Virus record (IMG/VR): IMGVR_UViG_2703719355_000021 | Reading direction: 5' to 3' (one strand) | DNA: 35,247 nt | Origin: a virus | Taxonomy: Duplodnaviria; Heunggongvirae; Uroviricota; Caudoviricetes | Part shown: positions 26,721 through 34,257 of the stretch, piece by piece | Position numbering within the stretch: the stretch's first letter is position 1 | Layout: each line of letters starts with the position of its first letter | The notes under the pieces: generated by a model | Told to the model about the DNA's origin: nothing | Database searches by the model: none | What the model saw: only the letters and a program-made list of their open reading frames with translations | Translations under genes and position numbers: made by a program

Positions 26721-29475
26721 TTCCACTGGTCAGGCCACCCCGCAGCAGGTCTGCTTTGCGGCGGGCGCGTTCAGTGGTTTCACTGATTCTCTGTGCGTGC
26801 TCTGCGTCGCGGATGGCGCGCAGCATGTCAGAAAGCACGGTAACGGGTGTTTTCATGGTGTTCTGGTCCTGCTGAAGTGTGGATGCCAGGCGTGCGGCGG
26901 CTTCAGGGTCTGATGCCCCCAGCTGTGCCAGATAGCTGGCGACCGGGTTATGGCGGATCTCCGTGCTGCTTACGCCATGATTACGGCTCAGGCGCTGCCA
27001 GAGCTGCGTGATTCGGCTGTCCGGGCGGGTATCCGGTTTGCGTACAATTTCAAATCCCTGCGGTGCAATGATGCTGCCGTCAACGTACAGACTGCCGCCC
27101 CGTAACAGGTGCTGCATCTGTTGTTCACCGATATGCAGGCCGAGAGATTCAGCAGACTCTCGCCATTCTTTAGCGAGTAATTCGTGGTTATCAGGCAAAG
27201 GCCGCTGCTGTTTGCGGCTCTGTGTCCAGCTCTGCATTTCATCACTGCTGTTTTTTGCCTGTTTGTCACGAAGCGAACGCATCAGCGCCCGGCGTTCGTG
27301 CCGTTTCAGTGAGCGCATCCATTCGTTCACTTCAACGCCGTCAGGGAGCTGCGGCCACGGTGCTGGCCGTTCTTCCGGCTGTTCTGTCCCGTTGTTGTCC
27401 GTTTCCTGTACACGGGGACAGTTATTGCCACGAGTCCAAGGGGCGGCAGGGCCGCCCTGAAGGTCAAAACCATTTTCGCGGGCGCTGTCTTCCGCTTCCG
27501 GTTTGCGTCTTACCAGCTTCCAGTTATCCGGATGCGTGCACACACGGGAGGATTCCCCGATGAGTGGTGACCAGATCCCGTAAATCTGTACGCTCTGTTC
27601 GCCGTAATCGTTCAGCTCATCGGCGAGGTCGTAGGCGGTGCGAATCAGGTAGTCTTTGCGTGGAACAAGTACGCCGCCCTGTTTCTCTATGTAGGTGGCA
27701 AAACATCCGGCATCAGCGGCGGCAAGAACCGCATCCATTGCGTCATCCTTCAGCCGTTGCGGGCCTTCCGGGTTGCGTGCCATCTGGCTGGCAAGGCGGC
27801 GCAGTTCACGCCATACCTGGCGGGAGGGGATGCCAAAGAACTGGAACTGGCGGACCCGGTGAAGGCGCGCCCAGCCGATGGCGCGTTCCACGCTCTCGGC
27901 CATTGATTTTCCGGTTTCGTGGTCAACGCGTGGCTTGCCCGTTTTCGGGTCGATGCCATCCACGGCGCGGCTGTCCAGGTTTTTCCCGATGTAGGTGGCA
28001 ATGTAGCTGGTTGGCGTGCCTTTTGAGCCGTCTACATACTCCGCCTTAAAGCGCGGAGTTATGTCATCGCCCAGCTCGTGACGATCTTCCTGAATGGCAA
28101 TATCGCGGGTGTGGGACACAATGGTGTCGATTTCTTCCGGATGAGCAAAGACCATCATATGCCAGTGCACGGTGCCGTCATGGTGAGGCTCCACCGTGCG
28201 GATGCCATACCAGCGCAGGCCGTCGCGGTTCAGTTTCTTGCGGACCGCCGCAAAAAACGTGTTAACCAGGTAATCGCTGGAGTCGCGCATGGTGGCCCCG
28301 TTCCATTTGGGGTTCGGATGACCGTTCTCCGTTGTTGCGTGGTATTTTGACGGGCAGGTGACGGTCAGAAACACCGCTCTGTCGCCACGGGCTTCGGCCA
28401 GAAGTTCCAGTCCCTTCATGGTGGCCATCATTTCTGCTTTACGGTGAACCGGGTTACTTACTCCCGCGTAATACACCGTCTCGAGATCAATCGTGAACCC
28501 GTCTTCATTTTCCAGCATGAAACTTTTCAGGAAATCGCGTGTTTTCTCGCGCTGTGCGCGAAACTCGCTTAACGCGTCCTGGCTCAGATAGGGTGATGTT
28601 TTTCTGGAAACCAGACAGGCGGCGCGGAGTTGTTCTTCTCTCCACTCGCAACGTAACAGCCACAGTTTGCGTTTCCACCATTCCGCACAGGTCAGGCGAA
28701 GGATTGCGCCCGGCAGCAGCTCCGTGTCCGGTTCGTTCCTCCGGTCTTTATCTGTTGTCAGTGCGTCATAATGTGGAGGCATGATGTGCAGGTGTAACGC
28801 CATGCGGGCCAGCATCTGATACGCCTTCAGCGTTACATCCATGGTCAGTTCGCCATCGGTCGCGCCAAAGCCATCGCAGAGTTTTTCGAAGGTGCTGCTG
28901 AACATCGCCGCCGTCATGGTGGCCAGCGTCTGTATCTGGTGTTTGTTGAGCTGCGGCAGGTAAAGCAAATCGTCCAGGCGTTCGCGTCCGGCAAGGGAGC
29001 GATAACCCGGTGTCAGCCAGTGTCCGTCAGTGCGATCCAGACGTTCGAATATTTTGCGCAGGGTTCCGCGTGCATAGCGTTCCGCCTGCCAGCTCTTTTT
29101 GCCTTTCCGGCGATCGGCTTCCTGTTTTTTGCGCAGGAAGGAGAGGTGGCGAATAAGCGGATCGCGCAGATAGGACGGCAGCAGGCGCAGCGAGGCCATG
29201 GCTTCATCCACCGCGCCGCGTGCCTGTTTTCTGGCGTCTCCTGCCAGTGTGATGGTTTTGTCCTGTTTTTCCTGTGCGTCCAGGCTTTTATTAATCAGGT
29301 TGCCCAGCGGCGTGGCGGAGAACGCCGCATCAGCCATTTCCTTGCGGCGCTCGTTCTCTGCCCGGTAGGCATCCAGCCAGGAGGAAAGCGCGGATTCAGG
29401 AGCGGGGATCCCCGTTCCTTCACGCCCCACTGCGTGGCGCGGTTGTTGCCAGTCCCTGATGTACTCTGCCGTCAT
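26653..29475 (-). CDS. A: replication initiation protein gpA (rolling-circle endonuclease family) with extended C-terminal region
   Basis: 940 aa; HHDGTVHWHMMVF-type HUH-like motif and P2/186 A-like central region; last gene of the early operon; about 180 aa longer than P2 A. Confidence 0.88.
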   Translation of the reverse strand: MTAEYIRDWQQPRHAVGREGTGIPAPESALSSWLDAYRAENERRKEMADAAFSATPLGNLINKSLDAQEKQDKTITLAGDARKQARGAVDEAMASLRLLPSYLRDPLIRHLSFLRKKQEADRRKGKKSWQAERYARGTLRKIFERLDRTDGHWLTPGYRSLAGRERLDDLLYLPQLNKHQIQTLATMTAAMFSSTFEKLCDGFGATDGELTMDVTLKAYQMLARMALHLHIMPPHYDALTTDKDRRNEPDTELLPGAILRLTCAEWWKRKLWLLRCEWREEQLRAACLVSRKTSPYLSQDALSEFRAQREKTRDFLKSFMLENEDGFTIDLETVYYAGVSNPVHRKAEMMATMKGLELLAEARGDRAVFLTVTCPSKYHATTENGHPNPKWNGATMRDSSDYLVNTFFAAVRKKLNRDGLRWYGIRTVEPHHDGTVHWHMMVFAHPEEIDTIVSHTRDIAIQEDRHELGDDITPRFKAEYVDGSKGTPTSYIATYIGKNLDSRAVDGIDPKTGKPRVDHETGKSMAESVERAIGWARLHRVRQFQFFGIPSRQVWRELRRLASQMARNPEGPQRLKDDAMDAVLAAADAGCFATYIEKQGGVLVPRKDYLIRTAYDLADELNDYGEQSVQIYGIWSPLIGESSRVCTHPDNWKLVRRKPEAEDSARENGFDLQGGPAAPWTRGNNCPRVQETDNNGTEQPEERPAPWPQLPDGVEVNEWMRSLKRHERRALMRSLRDKQAKNSSDEMQSWTQSRKQQRPLPDNHELLAKEWRESAESLGLHIGEQQMQHLLRGGSLYVDGSIIAPQGFEIVRKPDTRPDSRITQLWQRLSRNHGVSSTEIRHNPVASYLAQLGASDPEAAARLASTLQQDQNTMKTPVTVLSDMLRAIRDAEHAQRISETTERARRKADLLRGGLTSGNKKQTETGFTNPVNEQKTRSDM

Positions 29476-29481
29476 AGTGAT

Positions 29482-29847
29482 TTACTTCGTCATGCCATTC
29501 AGGGTGTCGCGGCAGACGGTAGCCAGCCGCTGAATTTCCAGCACGGTGTCTTCTGTGTCGGCATAGTGATGTGTGATGCGGATGCTGTCGGCAATCACAT
29601 CGACGATCGCAGAGGATGGGCGCTGGTAAATGCCAATAACGGACGGGGTGCCACCTTCAATACGGTAAAGCCTGTAATTTCCCTCGTGGCTGTCAATCAT
29701 GTAACGACCATCAATAACAATCTTTCCGTCAGCGAGCTGCGGTACAGGCAGGGATTTCAGGTACATGTCATAACGTTCACGCACGCGAACGGCAAGATCA
29801 CGCTCTGTGTTGAGCAGGTATTCAAGAAAGTCGTTGGCGAGAATCAT
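29482..29847 (-). CDS. hypothetical early-operon protein (121 aa)
   Basis: Track ORF immediately upstream of A on the same strand; no family recognised. Confidence 0.55.
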   Translation of the reverse strand: MILANDFLEYLLNTERDLAVRVRERYDMYLKSLPVPQLADGKIVIDGRYMIDSHEGNYRLYRIEGGTPSVIGIYQRPSSAIVDVIADSIRITHHYADTEDTVLEIQRLATVCRDTLNGMTK

Positions 29848-29919
29848 TGCGGCAATCCTCTTGTTACAGATGTGCGAAGGCCTCCCGCCGCAAGGTGCAG
29901 GAAAGGCCCGGAACAGGAA

Positions 29920-30150
29920 TTAATGGAGTTTGTTTTGCTGCTGGATGAGCTGCTGAAGCTCGCGCAGATCATCCGCCAGATAGCTGAAAACAGAGGCGGA
30001 ATAAATGTTTGATAGTGCGTGGCTGCGCTCATGCAGCATATTGATGTGCATGATTTGCGCGACGCGTGATGCGCGGGAAAGTCTGCGGTTGATTTCAGTC
30101 TGGATGTGACGACGCTCCGCGATAGCGCGGTGTGGTTTGCGGTTTGCCAT
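29920..30150 (-). CDS. hypothetical small basic protein (76 aa)
   Basis: AAGGGG ribosome-binding site; preceded by a structured 320 bp leader; Arg-rich N-terminus. Confidence 0.55.
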   Translation of the reverse strand: MANRKPHRAIAERRHIQTEINRRLSRASRVAQIMHINMLHERSHALSNIYSASVFSYLADDLRELQQLIQQQNKLH

Positions 30151-30329
30151 GGTGTGGCCCCTTGTGTAGTAAGTTGTGAAAACTCACCATCCAGAGCTGC
30201 GAAACTGTGGGTGGCGAGACGTACGAGGTTCGCAGTACCGGCTACACAAGAACCCGGCCCGACCGAAGTCGGCCCCGTACGCCCCGCCATAATTCTGACG
30301 CGAAAAAAACGTGGCAATACAGTACGCAC

Positions 30330-30350
30330 AAAAAAACCGCTGGCGCGGTT
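30330..30350 (-). terminator. intrinsic terminator inside the early operon (minus-strand sense)
   Basis: Minus-sense aACCGCgccaGCGGT followed by seven T; flanked by complementary cgcaca / tgtgcg. Confidence 0.55.
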
Positions 30351-30470
30351 GTGCGCTTGTGTAGTCAGCAGGCTGCGAAACCCGGCACCCGTTTTGTGAG
30401 GTGCAGCGGAAATGTAACCTGACTGATTGCGGCATGGCAAGCGGTTTTTTTGTGTGTGCATTATGATCAC

Positions 30471-31031
30471 TCAGTTTGGTAATAGCTCGTACAGTGCGGC
30501 GTCAGCAGCGACTCGGCGACCGTAAAGAGAACGTGCTGTGCGAGTGGTGATTTTTATTTGCAGTGTGTGATTAATGTGTTTTGCTATCATGGCGAACGTC
30601 ATGTGCTGCTCATCATGTAGTTCAGTCACCAGTTCTACCAGGTGATCGCTGTATTTGGTCAGGTGATGGAGTTCCCCGCATTTTTGTAGGCTGTAACCAC
30701 GTTTATTCAGGTGTGCTTGTACGGTGCGAGGGGTGCATCCCGCCTCGGCGGCCAGTTCCCGCGCTGTTCTGGTGCGGCGGTTTTCGATGAGAAAGGCGAT
30801 CTCTTTTGCACTCAGTGTCTTTTTCTTGCGGCCAATCAATCCACGATCACGTAAAAAACTAAGTCGGCGCATAACTGCGTCATGGGTTCGTTGAATTCGT
30901 TCAGTTATCTGGTGCGTGTTGCACTCCGGATAAAGCGAGATAAGCATTTCATCTTCCTGTTGTGTCCATGGCTTTACATGTGCCGGAGCCACGCCAGGTG
31001 TACCCATTGGTTTGAGTTTGAAGTTGTGCAT
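30471..31031 (-). CDS. hypothetical DNA-binding protein (186 aa)
   Basis: Track ORF; WTQQEDEMLISLY Myb/SANT-like segment and a predicted HTH (SAKEIAFLIENRRTRTARELAAEAG); function unassigned. Confidence 0.55.
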   Translation of the reverse strand: MHNFKLKPMGTPGVAPAHVKPWTQQEDEMLISLYPECNTHQITERIQRTHDAVMRRLSFLRDRGLIGRKKKTLSAKEIAFLIENRRTRTARELAAEAGCTPRTVQAHLNKRGYSLQKCGELHHLTKYSDHLVELVTELHDEQHMTFAMIAKHINHTLQIKITTRTARSLYGRRVAADAALYELLPN

Positions 31032-31147
31032 ATTTCTTACCCCGTTAGTGGTGGTGCTTTACACGGCGTATAAACCGCGGCGGTGGCACCACACTTCAAA
31101 CATTCGTTTCACAATTTCGCGACAGTAGTAGCCATCGGTATCTCTCG

Positions 31148-31447
31148 TCAGGTCGTAGCGATTGCCATAACGCTGGCGCATCCATCGTTCAAAGGCTTTG
31201 TGCATGCTCTGGCTTCCTTCAGTAGCTGGTTAAACATGAGGGTTAGTGGGTTACCACACCCGAACGGCATCGGGTTTACCTGGTAAGAGAACCGACCACC
31301 TGTTTTGCGTTCTTCTCTGATGACTAAGCCGCTGCGCCAGAGTCGGCGTAACTCCGCATTAATAGCTGTGGTTGGGGTATTCAGTGCTGCGGCGATTTCT
31401 CCACCGCTACACCCCGGATTGGCGGCGATATAGTCCAGAATGGTCAT
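31148..31447 (-). CDS. hypothetical winged-helix protein (99 aa)
   Basis: Track ORF; MTILDYIAANPGCSGGEIAAALN...LRRLWRSGLV resembles a wHTH fold; overlaps the next gene by 4 bp. Confidence 0.55.
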   Translation of the reverse strand: MTILDYIAANPGCSGGEIAAALNTPTTAINAELRRLWRSGLVIREERKTGGRFSYQVNPMPFGCGNPLTLMFNQLLKEARACTKPLNDGCASVMAIATT

Positions 31448-31647
31448 CTTCGTGACTCCTGTATCTGTCGGATAAGGTTCACCTGCACCACATTCGTGGC
31501 GCAGAAGTATGTGTCGTCTATGAGATAAATGTGATGCGCGTCAGGTTGCGAACGGTGACGGTCGAGCGTTTTAATCAGCCGTTCGTCAACTTCGTATTCA
31601 CGCCCTCTGGAGGTGAAACGAATGACGGTAAATTTCTTAATTGCCAT
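31444..31647 (-). CDS. hypothetical protein (67 aa)
   Basis: Track ORF, translationally coupled to its neighbours. Confidence 0.45.
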   Translation of the reverse strand: MAIKKFTVIRFTSRGREYEVDERLIKTLDRHRSQPDAHHIYLIDDTYFCATNVVQVNLIRQIQESRR

Positions 31648-31973
31648 TACGTTTCCTTAGCCTGGAAGGCCTGCACCATTTGATGCAGGCGGTACATGGT
31701 GCGAAAGCGTGGGCGAGTTCGATTGTTGGCGTCAGAACCATTAACGCGGTTAAGCCAGCCGTAGCCATACCAGCGGTTAGCTACCCACACCTCAAAGAAG
31801 TTCTCGCCGTAATAAAAAATCGCGTTATGCCGATTCACGGTTACGAGTGAACCTTCACCCAGTAGTTGTTCTAATGCCCCATCCCATGACGCACTGAACG
31901 GGCGATAGTAAAAGCCGGTTGCGGTCCTGATGATGTGGCCCAGCAGGGCCACGATGTATTTCAGTCTCTCCAT
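31647..31973 (-). CDS. hypothetical protein (108 aa)
   Basis: Track ORF in the early operon; Trp/Tyr-rich. Confidence 0.5.
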   Translation of the reverse strand: MERLKYIVALLGHIIRTATGFYYRPFSASWDGALEQLLGEGSLVTVNRHNAIFYYGENFFEVWVANRWYGYGWLNRVNGSDANNRTRPRFRTMYRLHQMVQAFQAKET

Positions 31974-31985
31974 TGCGTTATTCCG

Positions 31986-32360
31986 TCAGTCAATGAAGCG
32001 GACTTCTTTTTTATTAGCTTCCAGAGCGGGGTTGGCGGAGATCTCCTTAATTAAGAGTTTCTCCTGGTCTTTAGACTCGGCTACGATGATGTAAATTTTG
32101 TCGTCAGCAACAGCGAGGCGAACTCGCTTGCCGATATTGGTGGCTGGCGAATTTTCTTTTGTTTGCTGTGCCCTGATAACTTCCAGCTCGGCAGCCTGTT
32201 TTTCGATGATTTCAGCGGCTTCAGTAGCAGTTTTGGCGATTATTAATGAGAGAGTTGCGGTGTCCATGTGGCCATTCGCCATGGCTTCTTTTGCTACTTC
32301 ACCTTGCATATCTGCGATTTCATTCAGGTTGTGAATAATGCCTTCTTCTTTTGCGTACAT
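31986..32360 (-). CDS. hypothetical protein (124 aa)
   Basis: Track ORF in the early operon; acidic with a helical pattern. Confidence 0.5.
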   Translation of the reverse strand: MYAKEEGIIHNLNEIADMQGEVAKEAMANGHMDTATLSLIIAKTATEAAEIIEKQAAELEVIRAQQTKENSPATNIGKRVRLAVADDKIYIIVAESKDQEKLLIKEISANPALEANKKEVRFID

Positions 32361-32453
32361 TTTTGTATCTCCGTTATTTACGTGTGCGAACGCCTCCGCG
32401 AATGCGGATGGTTTTCATGTTTTCGTATTTAATCTTGTGTTTTGTTTATGCTG

Positions 32454-32567
32454 TTATTCGCCAGTGAAAAAACGTTCAATCTTTTTTACTGAATGAATAA
32501 TTCGCATAATACCAATTGCGCAAACCACCGAAAAAATCAGAACAAGCCACGAAATAAATATATTCAT
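32454..32567 (-). CDS. candidate 37 aa hydrophobic membrane peptide
   Basis: Not in track (<60 aa). MNIFISWLVLIFSVVCAIGIMRIIHSVKKIERFFTGE; ATG overlaps the TGA of the upstream gene (ATGA coupling). Confidence 0.4.
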   Translation of the reverse strand: MNIFISWLVLIFSVVCAIGIMRIIHSVKKIERFFTGE

Positions 32568-32806
32568 GCGATATTCCCCAGCTTATACGGTTCAATATGT
32601 TCCCCGCATTCTGCTGCGCAGATAAGCTCGGAAAGTTCGTTAAGTGCATCCAGATCATCAGCGTAAAAAGCCACGTCATACAGACTCCGGATTGCCCTGG
32701 TCAATGAGTCACGGGCTGCACGTTCAGCATGAGCGCCTGATGCACTTAAGCGAAAATAAAAACGCTCAAGTGCTTTGTTAATGAGAGTTTTATATTCTTT
32801 GCCCAT
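32564..32806 (-). CDS. hypothetical protein (80 aa)
   Basis: Track ORF in the early operon. Confidence 0.5.
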   Translation of the reverse strand: MGKEYKTLINKALERFYFRLSASGAHAERAARDSLTRAIRSLYDVAFYADDLDALNELSELICAAECGEHIEPYKLGNIA

Positions 32807-32817
32807 CGCAACACCCT

Positions 32818-33096
32818 TTAATCTGCTTTCTGAATTTCAGCTTCTGAATCCATGCAGATAATTTCGATATAGGGTTCATCGCCATTAATCTGACGTGCCT
32901 TTTCAGCTTTGTTAATGATTTCGCGTACGGTCTGGTACGGAAGTTCCACAAACAATCGCGTGCCGTTCAGATAAAGGTAAGTGGCCACATCTTTTTCTGC
33001 CGGGACTACAGCATCAATAGCTGATGCGCGTAACAACAACTCACCGCGAAAATCAATAAAACGGATAAATACACCTTGTGCATGCTCTTTGGTCAT
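32818..33096 (-). CDS. hypothetical protein (about 92 aa)
   Basis: Track ORF 32818-33156; start moved to the internal Met (MTKEHAQGVF...) to avoid a long overlap. Confidence 0.45.
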   Translation of the reverse strand: MTKEHAQGVFIRFIDFRGELLLRASAIDAVVPAEKDVATYLYLNGTRLFVELPYQTVREIINKAEKARQINGDEPYIEIICMDSEAEIQKAD

Positions 33097-33106
33097 AAAG
33101 CACCTG

Positions 33107-33448
33107 TTATAAATCAGCCTGTTTAATAAAACTTTGTCCGCGAAGCAGACGATCAACCGTGCGTAGTGCTTCGTATAATGTGAAATCCTGCCCGAACTGA
33201 TTGTCGCCGCAGCTCAATGCAAAAATGCGGTTTCCGGTAAACGGATTGCGTGGGCATTTGTGAACCACGATTCCAGCTTTCTCAATCAGCCAGGCATGCT
33301 CGCCGATTTGTTTTACAGCGTGGCCATCCGGTGTTGCGTGTGTTTCGCTCAGGCTGTAGCGAGAGCTGCTGCGTGATGCACTGGTGGCGAAACGGTTAGC
33401 GTGGCGTTCAGCCCCATTACGAAAGCGTGAATTACGTTGCTGTTTCAT
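33107..33448 (-). CDS. hypothetical protein (113 aa)
   Basis: Track ORF, second gene of the early operon. Confidence 0.5.
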   Translation of the reverse strand: MKQQRNSRFRNGAERHANRFATSASRSSSRYSLSETHATPDGHAVKQIGEHAWLIEKAGIVVHKCPRNPFTGNRIFALSCGDNQFGQDFTLYEALRTVDRLLRGQSFIKQADL

Positions 33449-33466
33449 ATCAAAACTCCCTGCATC

Positions 33467-33793
33467 TCATGCAGCAAAATTAAGGAAGCCTAATCCCAAA
33501 TCTTCCGCCAGCTTCTTGGCTTTCTTAAGCCAGTGATTGCGCCAATCTTTACGCTCAGGAGGAAGCTGTTTCGTTGCGTCATAGACCATTTCGAGCCACT
33601 CATTCCAAAGGATGAGAAGACGGCGCGAACTCCCTTCCTCGCCTAAAACCTCGCGCTCAGTAGTTAGAGGGATGAGTCGACGCTCTACCAACTTTCTTAC
33701 GGCTGATTCGGTCTTACCTGTGCGGCGGGAAAACTCATCGACGGTGATGGGGTCTGGGATCTTAAACAATGCCCTCAATAGTTCTTCATTCAT
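33467..33793 (-). CDS. Cox/Apl-like small HTH regulator (putative excisionase / switch protein)
   Basis: First gene of the leftward early operon, divergent from C; internal start MNEELLRALFKIPDPITVDEFSRRTGKTESAVRKLVERRLIP (HTH); GGGAG ribosome-binding site. Assignment is by position. Confidence 0.6.
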   Translation of the reverse strand: MNEELLRALFKIPDPITVDEFSRRTGKTESAVRKLVERRLIPLTTEREVLGEEGSSRRLLILWNEWLEMVYDATKQLPPERKDWRNHWLKKAKKLAEDLGLGFLNFAA

Positions 33794-33888
33794 GTGATAA
33801 TCTCCCTGTTTGGGGTATTTCTTGCGACGGATGCCCCAAATCAAACTCATTTGTATAAACATTAATACAGACGTTGGAGAATTGCAAC

Positions 33889-34191
33889 ATGCGTATGACT
33901 ATTGGAGAGCGCATAAAAATCATGCGTGAAAGCGAGAGACTTACTAGCCTCCCGGATACAGCAAAAATGCTTGGTTTAAACCGTGATGCTCTGTGGAGAT
34001 ATGAAAGCGGTAAAACTATCCCTAATGCTGAAGTAATTGAGCAAATACTAAACAACCCCAGATTTGAGAAATATGCGTTGTGGTTTATGACTGGGAAAAT
34101 TGCGCCTGAATCCGGGCAGATAGCTCCGGCTCTCGCACACTATGGGCAAGAGCCAACGGACTTACCCCCATCCGAAAGGAAAATTGGCTAA
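33889..34191 (+). CDS. C: P2-type immunity repressor C
   Basis: TIGERIKIMRESERL...YESGKTIP...FEKYALWFMTGKIAPESGQIAPALAHYGQ aligns with P2 C (TISEKIVLMRKSEYL...YESGRSTP...FTKYTLWFMTNQIAPESGQIAPALAHFGQ); start at the ATG with a GGAGA ribosome-binding site. Confidence 0.88.
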   Translation: MRMTIGERIKIMRESERLTSLPDTAKMLGLNRDALWRYESGKTIPNAEVIEQILNNPRFEKYALWFMTGKIAPESGQIAPALAHYGQEPTDLPPSERKIG

Positions 34192-34257
34192 CCCTTTATT
34201 ATTCTTACGTTTTACAAACTGGAAATGTCTTTCCTCGTTTCACCGGAGGGCTTGCCA

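Noticed and set aside
27008-30012. Several plus-strand ORFs (27008-27460, 27222-27563, 27564-28049, 28939-30012) antisense to gene A
   Set aside because: Shadow ORFs inside the replication gene; Arg/Cys/Ser-rich translations with no start context.
29844-30470. 208 aa minus-strand ORF covering the structured non-coding region
   Set aside because: Translation is low-complexity and Arg/Ser/Ala-rich, with no ribosome-binding site; it overlaps the better-supported 76 aa gene in another frame and spans a terminator hairpin. Better explained as non-coding.
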